The notes under the pieces were generated by a model, which saw nothing but the letters and a program-made list of their open reading frames with translations, was not told the DNA's origin and made no database searches. A DNA stretch of 64,000 nucleotides from positions 744,001-808,000 of the forward strand of contig AP026172.1 in the NCBI GenBank assembly GCA_030295235.1, in the 5' to 3' direction. This DNA comes from Fistulifera solaris (Eukaryota). This document shows, piece by piece, positions 11,549 to 23,359 of the stretch; the first letter of the stretch is position 1, and the number at the start of each line of letters is the position of its first letter. A program made the position numbers and the translations under genes.

Positions 11549-14500
11549 TCAGCAGCAAGTTAAGCATTTAGACTTCGACGTTGTATGCCAAAGAAATCCC
11601 GTGGCGTCCTTACCTACTAAAGAATACATTCTCCAACTACTGCCCTTCGGATCCACCCCCACCTTGATTTGATGTGAAATGGGCAACCAACTGTCGACGC
11701 TCGTTTTGATGATTTCGAAAATTTGAAACTTTTTCGCTATCACCTCATACATCGCCATAATCAATAAAGATACCAGACTCAGCAGCTGATTATTCGCCCT
11801 TTGTGAGGTTAAAAGAAACGCTGTTGGACTCTGGACTGGTGTAAATTCAAGGACTACTTTTCGGCTTGGTGTTTGCCTTCTTTGCAGCGTTTAGCGACAC
11901 ATTGAACACCATTAAAGCCGTCCTGATCGTTATTCCCAAAAGCAGCTAGAGGGAGCTGGAACTGGGAACGGTGATCCGAGGAGATAAATCCGTACTTGTT
12001 TCTACGAACATGACGGGCACTGAAGTGGTCAATTCTTTCTCTGTCGATATGCTTTCTCAATTCGAATAGGAAAGAAAAAGGAATTTTCCGGTCCTTGTAA
12101 GTGACATTCTTGGCCTGCTTCTCTGATAGAGATATACGTTTCCTTTATACAGCAGCCTGTCCTATGTTTCGTAACTGCTATCATGTCCTTGGCCACCCTG
12201 ACGCCACCGACCAAAATACTCCACCTCAAACGTTCCTGTCACTCGTTGTGGCTTCTGTTCGTTGTACAGACTTCGGTTCTGAACGAGCCCCCGAAGGCAC
12301 TCGATATCACTCTCTTCTGAATCGACACCAGGCTTGTTGCGCTGCGTGGAGTTCACGTCATCAGCGGGAAAGAGTATATCCGAACTGACGTCGTCGATCG
12401 CATTCGCTCCATAGGCTTCAACATGCGCAACCATTGCATCTTAAGAGTAGGGATGAATTCAACAGATTTCTTGATTTCATAATAAATGGCAGGACAGTCA
12501 TCACTAAATGTCGGTTGGGCCATGTGTATCTATATGCTCATCTCTGTACCATTGCGCTGAATATAAGAACACCCATTTGGCATTTTTATACGCGTGCAAA
12601 CCCCCAATCCGACTTATCAAGCCGAACCACCTTGGTAACCGCGAAAGTGGTCTGCAAATCTTGACTGGGATCCAAAGCATCGATATCCTCATTTTATCAA
12701 CCTACAGAATTGAAACGACGTTCGTCAACCAACATGGCCTGCGATTCAAGAGGCGAATGACATGTCTCATTGTGTGGTGTTGCCCCAGTATAAAGCCCAT
12801 GACAACAACAATGTCACAGCTAGATTTTTGGCCTCTTGATCAGATCAAACAACGTATCATTGATGAGATTATAAATGTTGAAGACTTATGTAATTAGTAG
12901 CGAATCTAGTCTTAATTGCGACACAATGTTTTCTAAGATTGCTCGTACCCGAGCCGAGACCGCTTCGTTACCTCTTTTTGCAATTTGATATTTTCAATGG
13001 TCTCAATCTCTTCGCAAAAGGTGATCAATAATTCTTGCCGCTGCTGAAATAGCATCTCTTGTGCTTTTTCGTCACATGTCAGTTGAGGCAACCCTAAAGC
13101 TGATTGTTCATCCAACCCTTGAATAAGCAGAGCTACACTTTCATCGTTTAAATCTTGGTTGCTTGACCTATGGTTTTTTTGGCTAGCCCTCGGAGAAGAA
13201 TAGTTTTCTTTGTATTTAGACGCGACATAGTGCTCGAGCTCATTTCGACCTTGCTTAGGTCAATGTCGTTGATATTAATTGGCCTGGGCTTTCCAACAGG
13301 TCCCATTTTTGGCACGTTGGTGTCTAGTTGTCAAGCTCTTTTTCAGAGCTACTTCCCAGGAAACTTTGAAGAATTCGGGTGATTCAAGATCCGGAAACAC
13401 TTGCTTTAAATTTCTGTGTTGTATTCGAATTCCAGCAGAAGGACCAGGTATTCTGTACATCTGATTTCCTTATCGAGATCATTAACGGGAAGAGATCGAT
13501 CTTCGAAAGACTTCACTAAGCGCAAATTCAAAATATTTCTCTTTTGATAGTGAAATAAAAGAGATCCGACATTTCCTTCGTAACCAATTTCTTATCAGGG
13601 TCTCCAAGAATCTTTGCGTAACAAGGGCATGTACACAGTAATGTGAACGTGTCTTGATAGCCCCAAATGTTCGCATTTGAAAATCCCAAACGTCGGTGAG
13701 CCTTGCCCTTCGTACCCGCTGCGTCCAGTTATGGTTGTTATCGGGTTCATTAAAGAATTTTTCACTAACAGCATGTAAAACAAAAGCTACTTTTCCCGCA
13801 CAGCATTGGGATGGTCTCAGAATGTTTTATTTACTTGCTCAATGGAGACAAAGAATTCGATTGGTTTGCTCATCGACATTACAGCAAGATGATGGATGGT
13901 CTGCTGCAGCTGATGCAAGACAACACTGCGGACGATAAGGTGACTAGCTTGCACTAGTTTCTCGTGGCACATCGCTAGGCTTTGGGAATCAATGGCCTTT
14001 GTCATCTCCCTGGTTCACGGACTTTCCCACAATGATCTCCGGCGTACCATTCTCGGATTTTCCAACAGAATTGGCGGACGTTTCAATATCCCTAGCTGTA
14101 TCTTGTTCAACTTCGTGATTGATTGATCCCTTGCTGTCTCCCTTTTTCTCGGATTCACCTACAGGAATGTCTGGCTTACAATTGGTAATTTCATCACAGG
14201 ACAGCCAATTAAAGCATGTTAGCGATGCACGAGTAGCAGGGGCCTCATCAGGAAACCGAACAGATGGGCGATTCGTTTGATATAAGCTTAAGTCGTAGCC
14301 CTTTCCTATTTTAGATTGCTGTGTATTCACAAGATGTCTGGCAGTAATGGCAACCGCATTCGATGTAAAGACCGCATCGTAACAAAACGAAATTGTCGGA
14401 CCAAAATGTGGACGCTCTATAGCTTGTCTTTGCAGATCAGCTGCTTAACTTGAGCGAACTCACCAGTCCTTCCAATCTTTCTCCTTGAGTCTTTCTAGCT

Positions 14501-14655
14501 TCACGTCTTCAAGAGGCATACGAGACGGAACCACGGCAAAAGGAAAAGATGATTCCACATCAGCGAAGCTAATAGGGATGCAGTCACCTCGCGACTCGCC
14601 TGTGAACCTCGTTTTTCGACAAGATGGCATTCACTGCCAAGCATGTTTCCATGAA
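11549..14655 (-). pseudogene. Unidentified, heavily disrupted or intron-rich gene
   Basis: Chain of protein-like - strand ORF fragments (13989-14330, 13817-14005, 13482-13676, 13275-13460, 12933-13115, 12504-12692, 12162-12434, 11854-12060, 11549-11764) with many stops. No family is confidently recognised. Confidence 0.35.
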
Positions 14656-14833
14656 TGTCGACAATAAATCGCATGCCCGAAGAAACAACTTATCGGAAGG
14701 CGAAAATCGAACAAAAAATCACAGCCAACTACCAATGATCCAAATCGGGAGACACTAACATTCAAACAAGAACATTGCCAGCCAAAAGATTTTTGTTGTC
14801 CGAAGCGCTGGCAATCATGTAAGACATTGCTCT

Positions 14834-16603
14834 TCAGGAAGTCCATTGTTTCGTGAAAAATCGCACCAGTCTCTTTTGGGCATGGTCCAACTTTCGTCGG
14901 GCTTCTGATTGAACAACAATTGGTGTTGCGACACTAATGATCGATAATGATGGATCCAATGCTAAAGCTATTCCTTCTTGAACCTTGACAGCAAGTGCAG
15001 CGGAGATGAAGGAAGGGATGACATGGACGTGATGATCAGCCGCAGCTTTGCAGATGTAAGAAATGTAGACACCCAAATTTTGCATCAGATAATTGTCCCT
15101 AGATGTTGCTTTCTCCGTCAGGTCACATATTTTTGGATAAAACCTTCCGCGTCAACAACCCCTTGATTGAAATTGCCATCCACCAGCAGTTCCCCAGCTC
15201 TCTGGCCGTTTCGGCGGATGAAAGCTCCCAAAACACTCACAATTGCTTCGTGGTCGTTATCTGTATACTCTGTAGCAATGCCTGCGTCGAATAGGTAAAA
15301 TTTGGAACCGTCCTTCGCCACAAAAACGTTGCCCGGATGGAGATCACCTTGAATGTGTTGAGATGCGGGTTAGTTGTTTGCACGTAATGAACAAGTATTT
15401 GCAAAAATCGCCTGACTTACCGTGCAGAAAGTTATCAACGAAAATCATTTTGCAAACGGATTGAATGGCCTTTCGACATAGCGTATTCAAATGGATTCGA
15501 TCGTCGCGATTCTGCCTCGCATACTCCAACACTGGAATTCCATCAAGGAGCGTCTCCACGAGCACATTCTTGTCTACGGGAAACTCCGGTACTAGCCCGG
15601 GAAATTCCACTTCGGGAATATGTTCAAAGTTTTTAGCAAATTGTACCAAGTTGGCGCCTTCGACCCGAAGGTCGAGTTGTTTTTTGAGCAACCGTGCGAA
15701 TTCTTCCACCAATGCTCCCCAATCCAGCCACGACGGGCCTTCCATTACCTGTCGCACATAAGCGGCGAAACGCAACAAATCCAGATCAGCATCAATGGTT
15801 TCTTCAACCGTCGGATGAAGTACTTTGACGGCAACGTGTCGTTCTTCCGCGCCATTCTTGGACAGAATTGTCCCACGGTAGACTTGTCCGATACAGCCAC
15901 TTCCCAGGATCTCCCCCAATAGTATTCGCTCTTCCCAATTATCTCCGTAAGCCATTTTCATCAGCTGCTCTGTATGCTTCCAGGAATGTGGTGTGGTGTG
16001 ATCCTGCAATCGGGAACAGACCGCACAAAAGTCGTGCCCAAACAGATCTGGACGTGAACCAGCCCATTGCATCAGTTTGATGACGACTGCACCACTGCGC
16101 TCGGCGCATTGGAGGCAAGTTTCAAAATAAAAGCGCCTTATTTTCATTTTCCATGCAGATTGTGGTTGTTTCGGTTCTTGGGCCCAAAGCAAAAGATCTT
16201 GTGCATCTTGGTGTTTGAGATTTTCTGGACTTTCTTGCGCAATCAGAAAAACAGGATACAGTAGAGCGACAGGCGCTAGAGAAAACATCAAACTGCACAA
16301 TCGCAACAAAACACGAAAGGTTCGTCGTATTTTATCGAATATTCTCCGCACTCGAGAATGGGGTTCTTTCATCACTATCATAGCCGGTTGCATCTCGGGA
16401 AAACAAGAGGCATCTTTGTGCGTACTTTCGCACACCGTCGGCGAAATCCACGGCAGTGCCGCGGTTCCCATCGAATACCCGGTTACACTGAGAATCGAAT
16501 GAATGGAAGAGTGTCGTTTGGGAACAGCTCGGAAGTAAATTGTGCAACGTTTTTGCGTTAGAAAGCGGTCGACCTTCATCAATGAGCGCGAAAATGGCAA
16601 CAT
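14834..16603 (-). CDS. ABC1/UbiB atypical kinase (ADCK2-like); intron 15348-15420; frame break near 15120
   Basis: IKLMQWAGSRPDLF, LGSGCIGQVY, VAVKVLHP, QLDLRVEG, spliced HG|DLHPGN, FDAGI. Confidence 0.9.
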
Positions 16604-17101
16604 TATTATAACTCGTTACAGCCGATTGTTCGATCCTGAGTTAAGCCAAAAGATTGTCGTTTCAGCCCTGCATCTCCATGCTTTGGATTTCTCAGAGCCC
16701 AATGGACGCTTTGGGAAGACAGCGATGGCTTGATGAATCCGAATCTTCGAAGTTCGTTCGACTTCAAAAACGAGAGAAAATGGGGTTGAAGCCGTATCGA
16801 ACGTACAATGTCTACGAGTGCCTAAGTCCAAAATTTGTTTGTAACAAATAATGAGTTTTCGCTCTGTTCATCTGTATGAGAAACGGTACCCAGCTTTGAT
16901 AGCAACATATCGTATCAGTACCTGGTACAAGTACTAAATGTCAACAAGAACCACAAGGAACGATCTCTCTTCGCAAAACTTCCCTCCATGCCTAATTTTT
17001 TTTTGTGTTGCGTATCTTTTGCAAAGAATGGTTCGCAGAACTTGAAACAGCAGCCATTTTACTCGCAATAAGCTTTTCTACAACAAACAAACAAACATAC
17101 C

Positions 17102-17581
17102 ATGAGTATTGTTTCTCATCTATCCGTTGGTGCCACCACCGAATCACTTCCTCTCATGATCGACTTTTACGATGCCATTATGAAGGAACTCGGAGCGAAG
17201 CGTAAAATGGTAATTGGGTCCGACATGAAGGAAATTGATCTACAGACATTCCCCAGTATCAACGACAAAGGGGAATGCAATATTATTGCCGTCGCGTACG
17301 GTAAATGTTATCCCGAATTCTGGGTCCAGCCACCCGAAAACAAACAGGCAGCGACGCCCGGCAATGGCTGTCACGTCGCCTTTCAGTGCAAATCGCCGGC
17401 GCAGGTGCAACGAGTCTACGAAACGGCATTGCAGCATGGTGCTACCGACAATGGGAAACCGGGGCCTCGTCCACATTACAGTGACAAGTACTACGGAGCC
17501 TTCTTCATGGATCCGTGTGGCAACAAGTTGGAAGCAGTGTTCTTTGACATGGGAATCTACAATCACTGTGTCGTCTTGTAG
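17102..17581 (+). CDS. VOC (glyoxalase/bleomycin-resistance) family protein
   Basis: SHLSVG...FYDAIM, GNGCHVAF, GATDNGKPGPRPHY...YYGAFFMDPCGNKLEAV; intronless. Confidence 0.9.
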   Translation: MSIVSHLSVGATTESLPLMIDFYDAIMKELGAKRKMVIGSDMKEIDLQTFPSINDKGECNIIAVAYGKCYPEFWVQPPENKQAATPGNGCHVAFQCKSPAQVQRVYETALQHGATDNGKPGPRPHYSDKYYGAFFMDPCGNKLEAVFFDMGIYNHCVVL

Positions 17582-17683
17582 TAAGGTGCGAAGAGTGACT
17601 TTTGCATGTTTGCAACATTTGATTACACACAATGAGTTGAGTTAAAGATCTTTGTATTGACTTTTTGCTTTTATTAGTGGTTT

Positions 17684-18829
17684 TTACGATAACTGCATGT
17701 CCTTGACTTTAGCCGTGATAGCTGCTTCCAACTTTTCCGTTTCGGCAATGAATGCACGAATCCCTTCCGCCAATTTGTCGGTACCACAACCATCCATATT
17801 TAGTCGATAACGAAATTCTTGTTCTGTCATTTTCCCTTCCGCCAACAAAGGCACATTTTGTATTCGGGCGGGGTCCAACAGGCGCATGACCGGTTCCTGC
17901 GACAATGCCAATTTCTCTAATAACGGTGCCGGAATCGTCATACGATCCGTGCCCGCCAAAGCCAGGATCTCATCTAATTCATAACCGACTCCTCGAGAGG
18001 GTCTCCAACTGGCGGGCATACAAATGGTATCATGTCCGTGGCATTTAAAATAATTGTACATTTCCTTACACGCGACAACACCTTCATCTTGTTCCGGTGC
18101 CACACCTTCCGTCCGACCCTGTTTGATTTTGTGCCAGTCCAATATACGACCCGGAAATGGAGAAATCAAATGAGCCCCGTATTGGGCACACGCAATGGCT
18201 TGCACGACGGAAAAAATAAGAGTCAAATTGCATTGAATGCCCTCTGCTTCCAAATCGGACGCGGCCAAAATCCCTTCCCACGTGGCCGCTAATTTAATCA
18301 AGACGCGTTCTTTCGGTACCCCTAATTCTTCGTACATGGCAATGATCCGTTTCCCACGTGCGACGGAAGCTTCTCGTTGAAACGAGAGTCGAGGATCGAC
18401 TTCGGTCGAAATATAACCCGGCACAATATCCGCAATGGCTTTGCCCAAATTGACCGCCAATCGATCGATGGCCAGTGTGACAATTTCGGATTTGGATTCG
18501 GCGTGTTGTACAGCGTACTGAACGGCTTGGTCGACCATTTCCGCGTAGACTGGATCACCCGATAAACCCGCTTGGGAAACAAAGAGAGGATTGGTTGTGG
18601 CGTCGGTAATATATCCGGTCTCTGCGTATTCTCGAATCACCTGTAAGTCACCACTATCAATCGATAATGTCGTCATGGAAGCCAATTGTGCCAATTGCGA
18701 TGTTTCCGATACTTGCATCATCTGGAGTGCCGAAGAACGAGATAGCGGTGTTGTGTGATGTACAACGAAGGCCTGTACCGACGAGACGAGAAGAAACAGT
18801 CGAATCGCAAGTGAAGTTATAAATTTCAT
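17684..18829 (-). CDS. TAL: Transaldolase, plastid-targeted
   Basis: DATTNP, ISTEVDPRLS, LIKLAATWEG (Schiff-base Lys), CNLTLIFS, ISPFPGRILDW, KLAEGIRAF; presequence MKFITSLAIRLFLLVSSVQA|FVV. Confidence 0.95.
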   Translation of the reverse strand: MKFITSLAIRLFLLVSSVQAFVVHHTTPLSRSSALQMMQVSETSQLAQLASMTTLSIDSGDLQVIREYAETGYITDATTNPLFVSQAGLSGDPVYAEMVDQAVQYAVQHAESKSEIVTLAIDRLAVNLGKAIADIVPGYISTEVDPRLSFQREASVARGKRIIAMYEELGVPKERVLIKLAATWEGILAASDLEAEGIQCNLTLIFSVVQAIACAQYGAHLISPFPGRILDWHKIKQGRTEGVAPEQDEGVVACKEMYNYFKCHGHDTICMPASWRPSRGVGYELDEILALAGTDRMTIPAPLLEKLALSQEPVMRLLDPARIQNVPLLAEGKMTEQEFRYRLNMDGCGTDKLAEGIRAFIAETEKLEAAITAKVKDMQLS

Positions 18830-19003
18830 GGTGGGAGAAGAGACTCGTCCTGTTGATAGCAATGTTGTCACAAGAAAGAAAAAGTCAACCAAATAAGAAA
18901 CAACAACAACGATAATGCAAAAATCTTCCTGTCGTCCGTTTTCTCATTCATTCATTCGTCATCCGAGAACGTCTGTTTGTGCCCGTTTTCTCCGGGTCGC
19001 CAC

Positions 19004-19058
19004 TGACGTCATCTTGCACGTAAATCTGAAAGCATACCTGGTACCTGGTACCAGGTAC
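19004..19058. promoter_or_regulatory. Candidate cis-elements in the divergent TAL/LPA1-like promoter
   Basis: TGACGTCA (19004-19011) and an 18-bp perfect palindrome GTACCTGGTACCAGGTAC (19041-19058). Confidence 0.4.
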
Positions 19059-19227
19059 GCGAAAAAGTAAAGAGTAAAATAATAGGCTAAATAAGGAGTA
19101 CTACGTAATGATTCATTCACGTTCAACAACCGAAAGGATTAACTTTTCTCATTGTTTGAATTTCTCGGAAAAAAAACGATATTTCCCTTCTTTTGTTTTT
19201 TTTTAATATTGAGCAATCAACAAGTAA

Positions 19228-20320
19228 ATGAGAACGTTGAGCAAACCTCTCGCTTTCCTGTTGCTCGCGTTGCTGACGGCTCATTCATTGGCATTTGCTC
19301 CTTGCGCCACCGATCCGATGGTGCGACGTAATAGCCATCATCAACCACCGACTCCTTTACTACTCCTTTATAATCAACCCAAGAAAAAACCGTACGATGA
19401 GAAATTACGAAAAAGTTACTTTCGGAAAGTATTGCACCGTGGCGAACGATTCGGTTGTTCTTGTATGGATCGTTAGGGAGTGGAGCCTTCGTCGGAGGAT
19501 TTATTCAATTGACGGGATTGTTGGCCGCACTCTCCAAGGGTCAAACGGATATAGACATGAATACGGAGGTAAATATATACATATATATGTATACAGACAT
19601 GTAGGAGATTATCTTCGTTCGGTGACTCACTCCCAAAAAATTTGCTCCTACTATCTGTAGTATTTGAATCTCGGCATTGACTTTGGCGCCGTCGCGTTGT
19701 TTGCCTTCTTATTCAAATGGGATATTGAAAAACAAGGCGAATTGAGTGAAAAAGTCGAGCAAAAATTGGAACTCAAAAAATTGCAAAAAGAAGTTTCGAA
19801 AGGGATGCGCGAACGGGAACAACTCCTGGGGACCTTGCAACTTCAAGTCCAAATTTCGGCGAATGGCGACGTCCGACAGGCCAGTGTCCGAGAATTGCAA
19901 GCCGGAGCACGCCAACATGTCATTCTCGTGGCGGGTCCGAAAAAGGCTTGCAAAGATGCTTTGGTGGGGGCCAATTTGTTAAAGATGGATTTTGCCATGA
20001 GCAATGTGCTCGTGGTGCCGTACGAGACCGATGTGGATGTGGCTGAGTTGCAATCCCGACCAGATGGGAAAGGCTTTGGAGATACTAGTTTACCGATTTA
20101 CGAGAGACAACCGTACGTGGCGCGACCCACGGGGAGTGGTTGGGATGAGTATGTCGCGGCGGAAATGGCGGATGCCGTGCAGCAAAATGGAGAAAAAGCA
20201 CGCGAAGAAGGTATTGCCGTGGTAGTGGCGAGCAATGGAAAAGTCGTTCGACGTGGTGTTGGAAAAGTACCGTGGCGTCAAATGGTGGAAGAACTGGACG
20301 AATCGGTCAAACCTAAATAG
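19228..20320 (+). CDS. LPA1-like (DUF3493) thylakoid protein; intron 19569-19660; frame break near 19415
   Basis: Presequence ...AHSLA|FAP. After frame correction it reads LLSESIAPWRTIRLFLYGSLG, then NLGIDFGAVALF and GKVVRRGVGKVPWRQMVEEL. Confidence 0.8.
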
Positions 20321-21291
20321 CGTGAACCAGGAGTAGAATTTTTAGGAAGACGCTGTATTGTAGTACCAGAAATGCTAGCCGTGCTGAAATCCTATCGAAT
20401 ACATGAATTCATTCGCAAACACTATTATTTGCAGCGATCATCTTATTTTTTTTCTGAAACGGTGGCTGCATGACTGGCACACGCCGATTGCGATCATTGA
20501 AAACAACAACCTCTCACAACTCCTAAATACAAGTCCGTGTTGGTGAGAACAATCGAAAGAGGAAAAATAAATGTGCATCCAGCTCACATTAAAAAAGAAA
20601 GCGGGTAAAAAAGCAAGCTCTCTGATACATTCCGAGTGAAACATAGGACTTTAGATCACAAAAGTGTGCATTGACTGCACACTCGTGCGAACTACTTTAC
20701 TTTAGCGCTGGTTGGAAAACTTTCTTCCCACTGAATTAGGGAGAAGGCCTAGTAATAGCGCCATGCAAGAAAGAGGTTCAAAAATTCAAATCGAACGTAC
20801 CTGCTTTTGACGACGACGCTAGTACCTGCTACTCCTTCTATCAGCAGAATATCTTGCCGAAAAAGCTTCCAACCACCCGCGCTTCACTTCGCGCTCAGAA
20901 AGCCATTCACCGTGCCGACATGGCAAGCTGCTATTGGCGCTGCTACGCAGTGACCGATTTTTCTAGTTTGGTCAGAGAATGAGACGATCGATCAATCAAA
21001 AGCATAGCAGCCAAGAAAAATTATAAGAAAGAAAAAAAAAATGAAAAACCGCAAAACGGGCGCTCGACGGATGTAGCTTGTCTGTCTTCGACCGTTCATC
21101 TCTAATTTCAAAGCAACACAGTATATCCGGGTTTCCTACTTTAAAAATCCTAGGATAAGGCGCAAATCTAAGGCTCTGGTTAGTTACCGGTACGCCAAAA
21201 TTCTTAGCTTTCGCATCAATTCTACCCTACGCAGTTCCTAAGCAAAACACACGTCTATGTCGCGCTTCAATAGAATGATCTCCATTTTTAT

Positions 21292-22584
21292 CTAGAAGAA
21301 ACCGTATAAGACTATCCGAAAAATGAAAGCAAAGGTGAGATCCTGGATTAAGCATTAACGAGACAATGCGCAACCGCTTACACAGAATAAATGTCTCGTA
21401 ACCGACCACCATCAGATGCCAGCGTAAATCAAGACTCGCCGAAACCGCAGCGGGCTGAAAGATTCGCAAGACGAATAAGAGCAGTCCATCGGCGAATGCC
21501 TGAGCCTTCCAAATCATTTTGCATTTAATGGTACCACTACCGTCACTTCCGTATCGAATCAACACCGCCGATGAAAACTTGTAGAGACAAAGAATGAGCA
21601 AATGGAGCGCGGCGAATTGGGACATGAATTTATCACCGATGTACAGTGGGGCTTGCAGACCTTGGTCGAAATCTTCCGGACTGCCCGGGGGAGGCGAATG
21701 CAGAAAGGCGTTGGTCCATTCCAAATATATATCATCTCGGGGAATGAGGCTTAGAATGAAACCCGGCAAAAAGAGGTCACGTAGAGCGATAATGGCGACA
21801 GCGGTCGATGAGATTAGAATCGTTCGAGAAACGATGTTGCTGGTCCATGAGTTTGGCGTTTTTCCTTCGGGCATGGCAACAGCGTGACCTTTCTTGGTCG
21901 ATTTCGATAGCAATAAATAGGCAGCGATCGTGGTACTCTCCAAGCCGAGTAGTGCAAGAAAGACCCGAGGCAACTCCGTCGCTCCGTTGGACGACAAAAC
22001 ATCCCAGTACATGGAATAAAATAGACCAATGGCAACATTTCCAACAAACGCCACCGTCAATAACGGACGAAAATGACCACAGACCCACTGGGCCCCCATG
22101 GGATGCAACAACAGCGGAATCAACTTTTGCAAATGAACGCCAACGGCCGCCGCGCCGGCCACTTTCCGTACAAAAAAGCCTCCCATATTGTTTTGATCGG
22201 TCGAAATTTTCATGACCGCACTAAATCCTCCCTGTGTAGATCTCCAACCTCGAGAATCATTGTACCAGTCGGTGGATTTGGTGAAGATCTGTGTGCACAA
22301 TGATGAGAGTTTTGTCACAAAACGAGGCGTTTCTCGTCAGAGGAATCGACACAAGCGAAAACGTCACTTACTAGCATAGCTTCATCCCAAGACCCACCTA
22401 TATTCCGTCCCGTGGTTAGCAAGTCTCTTAAAGCAAACACTAATAGTCCCAATGAGCAAATCAGTACGATTAAACACAAGGGAAGTGGGGGAAGATGATC
22501 CGATATGACCACGGTCGAGGAGCCGGAATTATCTTTCACGACAGGTTCCGTAGCTTTCTTCGTTTCCTGTGTTGTAGCTTCCAT
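21292..22584 (-). CDS. Multi-pass membrane protein of unknown function (introns near 22290-22370 and 21313-21380)
   Basis: Hydrophobic ORFs 22315-22584 and 21227-22318 are joined by a GTAAGT...CAG intron; the last short exon ends LYGFF-TAG at 21292. Confidence 0.7.
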
Positions 22585-23359
22585 GGTCTTTCTTTCGATT
22601 CTGAATTTGAAGGGATATTATGAAGCAACAAAATGGAAAAAGACTTCGGAATTGATCGATCTGTATCAGTCGATCGGGTAGCATGGTTGTCATTTTTTTT
22701 CGAGCAATCAAAATCTGTCAGTCACGAATATTCATCCTCGTATTTGAGTCCACAGTCCAGAGTCCAGAGTGTTCAGCCAGCTTTCCATTGAACTGTTTAC
22801 GCCATAGACAGCAAACGGTTGATGTTGTTCCATCCGGTGAACGGAACACAGCCGTTTCGACTCTCCCAATTCAGTAGGATCGCTTCTGGCCAATGGATAC
22901 CCTTCGTAATCGGTTTCACCGTGAATAGAAAGGAATGGATGATGTCATTCTTTGGTTTCTGAAACATTCTACAACAAAGTTCTATAGAGCGTAGCTCACT
23001 ATCTTGTTGAAAGTACATTGGTTCATGTTTCGCTTCCACTCGAAATGATCGTTTACAAAAGGATGTGGCCACGTGGTCGATCGGCCAAAGGAGTCTATGT
23101 TCCGCCGCAGTAGCTTTTCTACGGGACTTCACGTTGGGCCAAGAACTCGTTCATTCCTTCGTCATCACCACCGCAAGAAGTGCAAATTCGCAAGCTGCAT
23201 ATGCTCCCATCGGGGTTGCTGCTTTCTTGAACGCTGAAAGTACTACTAGCAACAGCAAATCATCTTTTATTCCTCTTCTTCTCATAAATACTTAGACACG
23301 AACAATCGTAACATTGTAACAAACCATCCTAGTCAACAACAAAAAGACAACAAAAAACC

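Noticed and set aside
20330..21220. Gene or ncRNA in the ~900-bp gap between convergent genes
   Set aside because: Only a short ORF with no recognisable motif, and no structure I can support.
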